The notes: a model not told the origin generated them from the sequence alone. Counted from the stretch's first letter, positions 1 to 11,257 are shown. The stretch: 64,000 nucleotides of DNA from Octopus sinensis (GCF_006345805.1 NC_043019.1:16987360-17051359); one strand, 5' to 3'. Translations and numbers: made by a program.

Positions 1-501
1 TGGGTCATTTCAGTGACAGTCTCATTATGTGCGTAACTTAAAATTTCTGTGGTTGTGACTTTATAGCATGGAAGAAATGAAACTGCAAGGGAATGTCACA
101 GTTGGTTTTAGTTCCCCAGAAGTTAGTGACCATTGAGGCATCACAAACAGTTCAAAACACTGAGAGGTTGAGTGAATAAAGTTATGCATTCAGGAGTAAC
201 TGTCCAGACCTGATATATGGCTCTACTAACCTGAAGCTAGATGGAATTTCAAACCATCTGCACAGGTATTTGTCCTCCCATTTCTCAGCTTCTTCCACAA
301 ATATTTGTCAGTGGCATTTTATAGATCAGCAACAGCCATATGTATATTGGCAGGGGCCCATGTTCGAAGATCCCTACCTGAACCTGTTTGGAAAGCTTGA
401 TTCTTGTAGCTTTTCCAGCCAGCCTTCTGCTTGTTTCTGCATCCTTGAGACACTACCTCAGTCAGTAAGGAAGGCTTTGTATCACTTACTTAAACATTTT
501 A

Positions 502-852
502 GTTTTTAAAGGGTAAAGACTCCCTTTGGTCAGGAATAACCACAGGATTGCTCCTAGAAAGTTCTCCTCCAAAGCATAAGTCCAGGCAAGGTTGTTTATG
601 GAAGACCAGCAGTCGCCCATACATGCCAGCCTCTCCTCTCCATGCTACCAATGTTATCCAAGGGAAAGGCAAAGGGGCCGATACAGCTTGGAACAAGTGA
701 TGTCACAACTCATTTCTACAGCTGAGTGAACTGGAGTAACGTTAAATAAAATGTCTTACTCAAGAACACAACACACAGCCCGGTCTAAGAATCGAACTCA
801 CTATCTCATGATTGTGAGCTTGATGTTCTAAACACTGAGCCATGCACTTTTG
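502..852 (-). mobile_element. tRNA-derived SINE (family distinct from the others in the window) inserted in the HERO element
   Basis: Minus-strand head GTGCATGGCTCAGTGTTTAGAAC...GAGTTCGATTCTT (A/B-box-like), then a CORE-like CTTGAGTAAGACA segment. Flanked by an 11-bp direct repeat TAAACATTTTA (491-501 and 853-863); removing the insert restores the IKCL reading of the host. Confidence 0.85.
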
Positions 853-2161
853 TAAACATTTTATTCAGCACACCTTAATATGACCTCCTCTTGAACATGG
901 AACCGGAACTTGCTTGTCACATTTTCACTCCTAATTACAAAGCTTCTTGACGTCCTTGATTTGCATTTCATTGTGGTTTGTACATGGCTTGAAAACGTTA
1001 TGCTTAGATCGCCCATGAAGCCTGGCAGATCCAAATTACTTTATCGGGCCCCTGCATTCCTTCCTTGCTGATGTTATGAGCAGATTAACGCCCATGACAA
1101 ACAAGGTTGGTGAAATTGTACAACCAACTATGATGCCCTTTTCTGGGTCATACCAAAGATTTGTGAACCAGGCAGTTTTGAACCTCAGATGGTCTTCCAT
1201 AGCTGCATTGATGAGGTCGTATGAAACTAAGCCTTACATATTAGCCAAGTCAATACAGACTACTGTTGGAATGCCTTTTCTTTTCTTGTCGGATCAGTTA
1301 GTTAAAGATACCTAAGTACTCCAATTACCCAAAGAACTCTAACATGCCATCTTCTGGGTTGATTCATCAATATATTTGTTCTTCAACATGGAAGTCATCA
1401 TCGTTTTGGCTGGGACACTCAGAGGAGAGACACAGTTGACCAGAACTGGCTAATCTCAGAGGAATTTGTTTCTTTTTGTATGAAACAACCCTCAGCTCTT
1501 TCCTCGGTTGATGGGATGCTGTATTTTGACCATACTGTCCCTAAAAGTTTCCTTAGTCTGCAGAAGTGATCTTCTCTTGTATCTTGGTCCTGGAGCAGAA
1601 GCTGATCGAACTTTCAGCACAACCTCTCTTTCCTTCTTTCCTTGCTGATTCCCTAATACCAAGCTTCTCATTCTAATGACCTTCAGTTTGCACTCAACTC
1701 ATGTCTCCAAAAACTGACATTGTGGCTTTCTTTAAGGAATTCTTCCTCATCTCTTTTAGGGCTGATCTGTCTCCCAGATGTTGTTTCTTGCAGTAGTTTT
1801 GGTAAACTTGTATGGTGAACTTATATGGGCCCTTTATAAACTGAGCTCACTTATCTTCCTTCTGCCTAGGTTTTCGAGACCTTTCAGCTCATTTCAGACT
1901 GCACAGCTTCTCCCTTCTAGTCAAGTCTTTTATGCCTTCTTTTTCCTCAACACTTTAAGATATAACTTCAGAATTTTTAATTGCTCTCTCTCTTCATATG
2001 AGGTCGTTCTTCCTGCCAAGCTGTTTTTCTGGTGCTTCAACAATATCTTTCAGTAATGCTCAGTAATGCCAAAATGTTCCTTGGACATAGTAAGGAAATT
2101 TGCTGTCAAGCATACAATTTTCCTTCTTGCTAATGTGGTCTCTAGAACCCTGTCAAGGTCC

Positions 2162-2166
<5 letters not shown>

Positions 2167-2197
<31 letters not shown>

Positions 2198-2458
2198 GTT
2201 TAACGTCCGCTTTCCATGCTGGCATGGGTTGGACAATTTGACTGAGTTCTGGTGAACCAGATGGCTGCACCAAAGCTCCAGTCTGAACTGGCAGAGTTTC
2301 TACAGCTGGATGCCCTTCCTAACGCCAACCACTCCGAGAGTGTAGTGGGTGCTTTTACATGCCACCAGCACGAGGGCCAGTCAGGCGGTACTGGCAACGG
2401 CCATGCTCAAATGGTGCTTTTTATGTGCTACCAGCACAGGTGGCACATAAAAAGCACC
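2167..2458 (-). mobile_element. 5'-truncated RTE LINE 3' end with (GAT)n tail and short 5' inversion
   Basis: (CAT)n followed by the reverse complement of the block GGTTGGCGTTAGGAAGGGCATCCAGCTGTAGAAAC...CCAACCCATGC.AGCATGGAAAGCGGACGTTAAACGATGATG, the same block that follows the RTE ORF2 C-terminus at 27916-28704. Confidence 0.85.
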
Positions 2459-3325
2459 ACTGCATTGACTAGGCAGGGGGTACTTCACTTTCAGGTTGCA
2501 TGTCTGGGGCAGCATAAGAAGAATCTCTCCTGCGAAGGGGTCTCATATGCTGTGAGATGCCAGCAGAAGTTCTCTTGCATCTCACTTGATGTCTCCTATC
2601 TGTGTTGTGTATGTTCTCCCTTCCTCCACATTTTGTCCTGACTTAATATATCTTAAGTCCTTTGCGTTCTTAAAGACTTTACTCCAATGGCATTCATCTT
2701 CTAATACTTTGCTTGCAAGTGCAATTTAAATGAACTGCCCCGTTGTCTATGTGTATTCTGTGGTCACTACTGCTGTGTCCACCCTCGTGAGCCTCTCAAC
2801 CTTCTCCCTTTCGGGATACCCTGGTAAGTATCGCTCCCTGTCTTGTCTCATAACTTGCAAAGCTGCTCTTCGGCGAGGGCTGCGAATGATGTTGTTTGTT
2901 CATTCATATCAGACTTTCCTGGAGGTCAACTTTCTGTCCACACTGACCAGTCCTCTTTGGCTGTCATCAGGAATATATTTGTGACTTACACTTAATGCAG
3001 GTAAAAATTAGTCATATATATATATGCGACTTATAATATTATTCATTGCTAGCATATATCAATAACGTAACTTTCCTGTTTTAAACAACGTTATGAGAAT
3101 TAGAAATTTGTCATTGAATGTTTACGATACACATAATCAAACGAAGTATGAAATGAAATAGAATGCAAAATGAACAAACTTTGGTAAATATTCCGTATAA
3201 AATTAATCAATTCAGATATTGAATTTCAGGGGAGTGTATCAAGAACTATATCAGTTATGAGTTTTCTCCCTTGACAAAAAAAACTTCTGGTGACTATTTT
3301 ATATTTCTTTTTCAACGGTGAAGAA

Positions 3326-3413
<88 letters not shown>

Positions 3414-4490
3414 CATTGTGTACAGTGCTCAGGTGCACTACAACTCATCTAAAGTGTATGTATAATCAGGTGTAGTTTCGGCGGATTTCGGAAAGCATGA
3501 GGGCCTTAAAGGATGCAGTGTCATGGCAGTCAACAACTGACGCAGGCAGTTTATTCCATGCTTCAGCAATTCTGAGCGTAAAAAAATGTTTCCGAAAGTC
3601 ATGGGAGCTGTGTTGTTTTCTGACTTTGTAGGTATGTCCACGTGTGTTGGATCAAAAAGGTGTTCAGTGTTGTTATTGGTGAGGTGGTTGATAACTTTGT
3701 GGGTGTTTACCAAGTTCATCGCCAGACGCCGGAGCTTCAGTGAATCCATGCCCAGGGAAACAAGGCGCTCAGAGTATGGTAGGTGCCTGATGGAGGGTAT
3801 GCGTTTGGTTGCACGTCTCTGAACAGATTCCAGGAGGTCAATGTTCTGAGCAAGATAGGGGTTCCAAACTGATGATGCGAATTCCAAGTGTGGTCGTACC
3901 ATAGCTGTATACAGTTTTAAATAGATGACTGGAGAGCGGCTAACAAAAGTCTTGCTGAGTGATGCCAAGACACCCTCGGCCTTCTTGACAATTTTAGAGA
4001 TATGCTTTGTCCAACGCAAATCACTGCTGACAGTGATGCCTAGGTCACGCTCGCAAGAGGATTTCTTGATATCAGTGTTGTGGAGGGAGTATGTGGACGT
4101 AGGGTTTTTTCTCCCAAAATGCATGGTGGTACACTTGTCCACAGCCAGTTTCAGTTGCCAGTCTGTGATCCATTGCTGCATTGTGTCCAGGTCTGATTGC
4201 AGGAAAGAGCTGTAGACAACAGGATCTGTCCTCTTGATTTCAAGGTACAGCTTGATGTTGTCTGCATATTTCAATACTGTGGCATTCTTTAAATTGGCAT
4301 CTATGCCATTAATGTATGCCACAAACAAGAGGGGACCAAGAACAGATCCCTGTGGTACACCCGATGACATCTCTAGGACAGAATGCTGTCCTAGAACTGT
4401 GACTACCTCCTTTCGGCTGAGAATGAAGGATTTCAACCAGTTAAAAAGATCATCCCTCACACCCATTGCAGAGAGTTTCACCATAAGCCT

Positions 4491-5095
4491 TGTAGTGATA
4501 CTATAACGTGCGCGCGCGCGCACCGTCCATTTTCTATTTCGCGCGTGTTGGTGCCTTTACCAAGGCAGAGAGAAGAAGGGCCCTCTCGCGCATGCGCGAA
4601 CCACCGGAAGCAGAACCCTATTGCCTACGTAGCAGTTAGCGAGGAAGGGGGACGTAGAACGTTTGACCGCTAGCAGCAGCAGCGGCGACTTGGGACGGCA
4701 GCGATTGAAGGCGGCGGTCACGCATATTTTCTCTCCGTTCGAACTTGCTTCTAGCAGTCCTTACCAAAAGGCCTTTAACCAAATTGTTGCAGACCAACAT
4801 CGTCTCCATTGTTCGACACCATCTTTAACCCCGTTCTGTTTTAGCGGCTGAATATTGTAAATATTACAATCGATTAACTTTCAGCCTTGCGCGCCCAGAA
4901 CCAAGGACATCAGATAACACACTTATTGTTACTGTTACCAAGAAAGAGAATAAAGTAGTATATATATATTTTACGTCTGCGTCTTGTTGTTTCTGACTGG
5001 TAGAATTCTGGATTATTAAAGTCAACGGCTAGTGATTGCTTTTTTGTACCCCGAAAGTGCAAGACAAGATATTCACTCACATCAAGTTCGTTACA
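4491..5095 (+). mobile_element. Solo LTR (605 bp), probably Ty3/Gypsy-type
   Basis: Starts TGTAG and ends TTACA (TG...CA, short inverted termini). 4-bp TSD GCCT at 4487-4490 and 5096-5099. AATAAA at 4949-4954. CpG-rich. Precise removal restores the LINE reading frame. Confidence 0.88.
4586..4610. promoter_or_regulatory. NRF1-like palindrome with adjacent ETS-like site inside the solo LTR
   Basis: Perfect 14-bp palindrome TCGCGCATGCGCGA (4586-4599, contains GCGCATGCGC) followed by ACCGGAAG (4603-4610). Function not shown. Confidence 0.4.
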
Positions 5096-5827
5096 GCCTT
5101 TTGCGTGGCACAGAGTTGAAAGCCTTAACAAAGTCAAGGTATAGAATTTTATGACTTTGGTTTACTAAATATTTTCGGCCTATTTACAGAAATAGTCTCT
5201 GTCAATTACAATTTACAAAATGAAACCATAGAAATGGCGAAAAAAAGCTACAAAAAGACAACAAACGAAATAAAAATACATGGCACTCCTGTCAAATATA
5301 TATTCACACCAGGGAATATTAATTTTCCCCTCATGGGACATCTGAAAATTCTTGCGTCATTACCGCGGGTTATCACATGGCGGAGATGCTGAATCATCCA
5401 AGTTATCCCACGAGCATCGTCTGATACTTCGCTAACGATAAAAACCTTCTCCTTGTCAGCGGTTCACCAACTCCATCAAACAGACGTTAAAAAATACAAT
5501 TCACCGACAAATTATGATATTTCAATCTCTTATGTGAACCAGCTATGGACGTAGTGGCTCTTTTCACCACACTATCATCAACAATGTGTGATGGAAGAAA
5601 AAAATCGTTCGTAATGATGTCCCATTTGAGGTGTTTGCCTCCAGCCTAAGTAGAAAGGGTGAGTCCATCGGATCTCTCCTCATCCTTCCTGGACAGTCAT
5701 AATTCCTCCAGAGTTGAGTGATTGTTTACTGGGGGTGTGATTCATTTAATAATTTAGTGTATTTCAATGTGTCGAATTTCAATTTGTATCGGCAAAGTGT
5801 TTGAATTATTAGTATTAGGTGTAGCTT

Positions 5828-6440
5828 AGGCGGCAAGCGGGCAGGATCGTTAGCACGCCGGACAAAATGCTTATCGGCATTTCGTCCGTCTTTTTGTTCT
5901 GAGTTCAAATTCCACTGAGGTACACTTTCCCTTTCATCCTTTCGGGGTCGATTAAATAAGTACCAGTTACGCACTGGAGTCGATGTAATCAATCCGTTTG
6001 TCTGTGCTTGTTTGTCCCTTCTGTGTTTAGCCCCTTGTGGGTAGTAAAGAAATAGGTATTTCGTCTGCCGCTACGTTCTGAGTTCAAATTCCGCCGAGGT
6101 CGACTTTACCTTTCATCCTTTCGGGGTCGATTAAATTAAGTACCAGACACTCACTGCGGTCGATGTAGTCGACTTAATTCGTTTGTCTGTCCTTGTTTGT
6201 CCCCTCTATGTTTAGCCCCTTGTGGGCAATAAAGAAATAAGAATCGTTAGCACGCCGGACAAAATGCTTATCGGCATTTCGTCCGTCTTTTTGTTCTGAG
6301 TTCAAATTCTACTGAGGTCCACTTGTCCTTTCATCATTTTGGAGTCGATAAAATAAGCACCAGCTGAACACTGGGGGTCATGTAATCGACTCATCCCCCT
6401 CCCCCGAACCTGCTGGCCTTGAGCCAAAATTTGAAACCAG
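5828..6440 (+). mobile_element. Composite of nested SINEs with a GGTCGACTTTGCCTTTCATCC central domain (Meta-like by recall): B-tail dimer inside an A-tail copy
   Basis: Three repeats of TTCTGAGTTCAAATTC...CTTTCATC. Two end in the ...GCCCCTTGTGGG.A.TAAAGAAAT tail and one in the ...GGCCTTGAGCCAAAATTTGAAACC tail. 5846-5912 is identical to 6243-6309. Confidence 0.85.
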
Positions 6441-6706
6441 TGTGGACAGTGGAGACGGTCATGTCAGCAGATTGTGGAGGTGGTCAAGCAGAAAGAGTAC
6501 GGAACTTTTATTAAGTAGCAGGAGTATTTGGTAATCGAACCCGGATCGCTATATCAGATGTAAGAAGAAAAAAAGCAACTCAAAAATACGATCACAATTC
6601 GCTAGAATATTACAAATGTAATAAAAAAAATGTGACCATTCAAGACTTGGTGTGGAACCGGATCTAACGACAATTTTAGCTTTGGCGTGCTTTTTCTAAG
6701 CCTTAC

Positions 6707-6950
6707 CACCTCGATGTATTCAGCGCAATTTAGACACTACTGAGAGGCGGCAGGCATGAGACTGGACACAGGAGACAGTACCAGAAGCAGCAGCTGACCG
6801 GAGCGCTCTGACAACACAAAAACAATGAACGGACCGGCGGCAGCAACACACAATGACCAGCCAACGTCTTGAAACCTATTCCAAAAACAATAAGCTTCGA
6901 ACTATCTGGCTGTTTGTCGTTCGTAGCAGCGACAACACTTTTTATTTAAG
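6707..6950 (-). promoter_or_regulatory. Possible non-coding first exon / TSS region of a leftward gene
   Basis: CpG-rich, non-repetitive sequence ending in a donor-like GTG|GTAAGG (GT at 6706-6705). Only a 6-codon ATG ORF (MPAASQ*). No downstream exon identified. Confidence 0.25.
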
Positions 6951-8047
6951 ATGAAAATAAACATTTTTTAAAAATCAAAAACCTCAAACAAATTTCAGTG
7001 TTCTGTATCGTAACAGATACTTTGGAATATTAATTTCATCCATTTTTATTCCAAGTTCAACTCCTTATGAGTCGGAAAATGTAATTCAAGAAAATATTTT
7101 GTCTAACAACGATTTTTTCAGTAGTTTTTTTCTAGTTCTCCAAGGATGTTGTCTTAAATTTTAACCTAATCTTTACAGTAATTATAAATTGATAAGAATG
7201 GTTTCAAATTTAGGCACAATGCCAGCAATTTTAGGAGGGGAGTAAGTTGATTATATCGATCCTATTGATCAACAGGCGCTTATTTCATTGACCACAAGAA
7301 GATGGAAGGCCAAGATCGATCTCAGCGGAACTTGGCTTCAGAACGTGAAGTGTCGGCAGAAACATATTCATACTTCGTCTGGGAGAAGAATCGACACAGC
7401 CTCAGTGAGGTGCATAAATAGCAATATGTTTACCTGGTGAGGTGAAATTTAACTTCAAGGTAACGAATTACTATTTACAAAGATGCAGTACCACCTGACG
7501 ATATCTCCTGCATTTAGAGCGAAGCGGAACGAAGCGTTGAGATCTGAGGTCATTGACATTACACAAACGCTGCCGACAAGTTTTATTCTATATCACTTGA
7601 CTTTTCGGTTGGTTCTCGACATTCTTCTTTTCATCTTCTGCCTCAGAATTAAGTATTCTTAAAATTCGGTAAACCACATATAGTCACTTGCATTAGTGAA
7701 CTGGGTCACAAATACAATAACCTCTCTCTTTCCCTCCCCCTCCCTCTCTCGCTCTTTATTTTTCGCAAAATATCTTTTGTAGAATGGTTTTTATCTGCTG
7801 TTTCGAAGTAATCGCATCTTCTACAAGTTATAAACAGGTGTTTCGAAGGTTTTTTTTTTCATTTTACATTTAAATGAAAATTTTCATTTTTTTTTTAACT
7901 GTCTACTTTTATTAAGATTAACTCATCTCACTTCCAGCATCTAAGCATATTTTTAGAATCGCGTAGAGATCTTTGTGTCGATAGATAACAGGTTGTTACA
8001 GTCAGCCTCTGCTGCTTCCTATATTGATCGATATTAACTTATAAATA

Positions 8048-8092
<45 letters not shown>

Positions 8093-8646
8093 GCTGAGAT
8101 TAGGAGAGCATCTCCCCAATGCTCTCTTGAAAAAATTGCTAATTCTATAAGAGGTGACATTGCATTACTCATGGATACTCTTATGCTGCAAAAGCCCCGT
8201 GGTCGTTATGCAAGCAAGAGGTAAATTTAGCCTCAGGTAAAGCCGTAGCTGTATCATAAGATGAGAGAGTCTTTGTATGGTATTATTTGAAAATAGTTAT
8301 ATATGGAACTGAGGAATGCAACATTAAGGGCAGCACTCCGAAACAATGACAAACTGCAGCAGATTTGAACTGGAGACGTCTGAACAATTCAATATTTTAT
8401 CTACGCGACCATTTTACTCGTTTCTACTCTAAAGCTTATTATATCTAATATCGATTTCCTCACATTGACGTAAGACTTCCTATTGGTAGGGAATGGAGAA
8501 AAGCAATTGAATCAATATTCAATATGTAATTGATATGTATTTGATCGATCACGGTGTTGTGAAAAGCAAAATTAAATCCCGATGGAATATGAGTTTACAA
8601 AGCGTGAAAATGACATTAAAAACATGGTCGTCTTCTGTCTTCACCA

Positions 8647-8695
<49 letters not shown>

Positions 8696-8756
8696 CTAGT
8701 AATGCTGAATCTGCAGTAATATTCTTAAAATACTCTCATTAATCGATATTAATAGG

Positions 8757-9185
8757 GTGGTGGAGGCAGCGAGCTGGTAGAGTCGTTAGCGCGCCGAACA
8801 AAACATTTTCCAGTATTTCTTTGGACTTTATGTTCTAAGTTCAAATTCCGCCGAGGTCGACTTTGCCTTTCATCCTTTCGGAATCGATAAAATAAGTACC
8901 AGTCGAGCGCTAGGGTCGATCTAATCGACATACCCCACTTCCTCCAAGCAATTCCAGGTCTTGTGCCTCTCGTAGGAAGAAATATTAATAGACCGGTGGG
9001 TTGGCTGGATCCCTTATGGGATTCCTTCCAGTCTTTAAAGGTCTGAGGTGAAATCCTGACGAGGTCAACTTTGCTTCCTACCCACCTCTGACATCGATAA
9101 AATAAAATACATATGAGTCCTGGGGTAGACATAATCGACTATTCCCGTTCATCCCCACTCGTGACGATGTTTGAAACTACCAATA
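8757..9185 (+). mobile_element. Two tandem Meta-like tRNA-derived SINE copies
   Basis: GGCAGCGAGCTGGTAGAGTCGTTAGC head, AGTTCAAATTCCGCCGAGGTCGACTTTGCCTTTCATCC domain, then a second more diverged copy. Confidence 0.8.
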
Positions 9186-9313
9186 TCACGGAACGAAGGC
9201 AATGATGTGATTAAAACCCAAACCTGTGGCTATTTCAAAGATGCATGGTCTTCTTACGGAATCAGCTGCAACCTTTTTTGAACTGGCAACAAGTTTATAA
9301 TCAGTAATTAATC

Positions 9314-9685
9314 ATCATCAGCATCATCATCATCATCGTTTAACGTCCGCTTTCCATGCTGGCATGGGTTGGACGATTTGACCGAGGACTGGCGAACCAG
9401 ATGGCTGCACCAGGCTCCAATCTTGATCTGGCAGTGTTTCTACAGCTGGATGCCCTTCCTAACGCCAACCGCTCCGAGAGTGTAGTGGGTGCTTTTACAT
9501 GCCATCGGCACAAGGGCCAATCAGGCGGTACTGGCAAAGGCCACAAAAAAAAATCGTTTTTTAAATTTATTTTACGTGTACCTGCACAAGTGCCAGTAAT
9601 GGTGACGCTGGTAATGATCACGTTCGAATGGTGCTTTTTAGGTTCCACCGGCACGAACCCCGATTAGCCGCTTTGGCAACGATCA
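9314..9685 (-). mobile_element. RTE LINE 3' UTR fragment with (GAT)n tail
   Basis: Same terminal block as 2167-2458 and 28540-28704, with about three GGCACGTAAAAAGCACC-type units. Confidence 0.85.
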
Positions 9686-10076
9686 TATGTTAATTTATTT
9701 ACAATCTGATGTTCCACTGTATCGCTCTCTCGCATTTTTCGTAGGATTAATAGCTTCGATATTGTCCTAAAGTCATTTCTTTGCAAGTTGGGGAAATATA
9801 AATGTTTAAAGCAAGGGAGTTCCCAAATCTATTTAATTAGACACGAACAAAGTAAAACCGAGGATCAGTTAAGCAGGGGAAACAACTCTGGATATGGTTT
9901 AGTGCTATTTTGGTGTCAAGCTTTCAAAGTATTTAACATAATTTTGAAAAAAAATAGCTAATGCAGAAGATTGTAAATTTATTGGCATAAAAAATGGATT
10001 ATTTAAATTTGTAGTTTTTGGTTGTGTTCTTACATCGTCATAAGCCTGTAATATGCGACTGTAATATAAAAATGTT

Positions 10077-10457
10077 AGGAGTGGCTGCGTGGTAAGTAGC
10101 TTGCTTACCAACCACATGGTCCTGGATTCAGTCCCACTGCGTGGCACCTTGGGCAAGTGTCTTCTACTATAGCCTCAGGCCGACCAAAGCCTTGTGAGTG
10201 GATTTGGTAGACGGAAACTGAAAGAAGCCCGTCATATATATATGTATATGTATATATGTGTGCGTGTATGTTTGTGTGTTGCTTGACAACCGATGCTGGT
10301 GTGTTTATGTCCCCGTCACTTAGCGGTTCGGCAAAAGAGACTGATAGAATAAGTACTGGGCTTACAAAGAATAAGTCCCGGGGTCGAGTTGCTCGACTAA
10401 AGGCGGTGCTCCAGCATGGCCGCAGTCAGCTGACTGAAACAAGTAAAAGAGTAAAAG
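10077..10457 (+). mobile_element. CORE-type tRNA-derived SINE (resembles octopus OR-type SINEs), full length
   Basis: Head GGAGTGGCTGCGTGGTAAG...GGATTCAGTCCC, CORE-like GGCACCTTGGGCAAGTGTCTT, internal (TA)/(TG) microsatellite, tail GACTGAAACAAGTAAAAGAGTAAAAG. Confidence 0.85.
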
Positions 10458-10721
10458 TGAAACTATTTTCTATTCATCATCATCATGCGAGCATAAAAAA
10501 GTAGTCGTTTTAACGTCCACTTTTCTAAGTTTGTATGGGTCAGGTGAAATTTTATCGAGATGAATTTTCTAAGGTTGGATGCCCTTCCTGTCGCCAATCC
10601 TCAACTGCTTTCAAAGGTGATATTTCCCATTGACCAGACATGTTTCTGCAGAAGACTGGGAATGAGATACAGCGCTTGTTTTGACATAGACATTCATAGA
10701 CAAATATAACGTGATGCCAAG

Positions 10722-10752
<31 letters not shown>

Positions 10753-11120
10753 ACAGGCTTCTTTCAGTTTCCATCTACCAAATAATACATTCAGAATGCT
10801 TTGGCTGGCCTTCATTTTATGAAATAATTCAAATAATCCCCAATTTAATTATCAGTTTTTGATAGTCCTGTTTCATGATGGTGGATAGCAAATACATCAG
10901 CCATAGCCTTTGTAGGTCTGCCAAGACAAGGGGACAATCACAGCTGGCTAGGTTCAATGCAGTTGATCTTCAGTTTGAACTTTTGTGAAGATCAGCAACA
11001 GTGTATGTGTGTGTGTAAGAGGAGGAAATATCTATTTTGGTGAATAAGTATTAAGTATTATACTTAGGGTAGGCTCAAAGTAGAGGTGATAGAAGGACAA
11101 GAGTTAGTTTGGGTGGGAGT

Positions 11121-11123
11121 GTA

Positions 11124-11184
<61 letters not shown>

Positions 11185-11257
11185 GTATATATATATGTAT
11201 ATATATATTATATATATATATATATATAATATATATATATATATGTATATGTATATA

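Larger units (their letters stand above)
1..2720 (-). mobile_element. Decayed HERO-like (R2-group, RLE-type) non-LTR retrotransposon ORF, interrupted by a SINE and an RTE tail; runs off the left edge
   Basis: Manual minus-strand translation with stops and frameshifts gives RT motifs in the expected order: VRSASAPGP (~1600-1620), AEGCFIQKETNSSEISQF (~1440-1500), CIDLANM*GLVSYDLI (~1205-1262), KGIIVGCTISPTLFVMGVNLL (~1075-1135), GFMGDL (degenerate FMDD, ~1005-1025), KCKSRTSRSFVIRSENVTSKFRF (~900-970), IKCLSK*Y across the SINE junction, and YLCRWFEIPSSF (~245-280). The 2460-2720 extension is weaker. Confidence 0.75.
3329..5145 (-). mobile_element. 5'-truncated CR1-type LINE (RT domain and C-terminus, (TTA)n tail), split by a solo LTR
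   Basis: ORF 3438-4523 contains GVPQGSVLGPLLF, YADN (YADD decayed), DLGITVSSDLRW and YTAMVRPHLEFASSVWNP. A frameshifted end reads KHFFTLRIAEAWNKLPASVV. The (AAT)n tail lies at about 3329-3410. Excising 4491-5095 plus one TSD gives in-frame LYLDFVKAFNSVPRKRLMVKL. Confidence 0.92.

Noticed and set aside
3438-4523. 361-aa ORF as an intact gene
   Set aside because: Its N-terminus (MRARARYSITT) comes from the solo LTR, the catalytic YADD is YADN, and the C-terminus is frameshifted. It is a dead LINE fragment.
4910-5137. 75-aa ORF MTLLRLSTLCHAKG as a host exon
   Set aside because: It is an off-frame read across the LINE/LTR junction; the meaningful frame is YLDFVKAFNSVPRKRL.
5490-5660. Exon-like signals on both strands (minus AGGKHLKWDIITNDFF..., plus donor AAGG|GTGAGT)
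   Set aside because: Conflicting strands, no recognisable domain and no partner exon.
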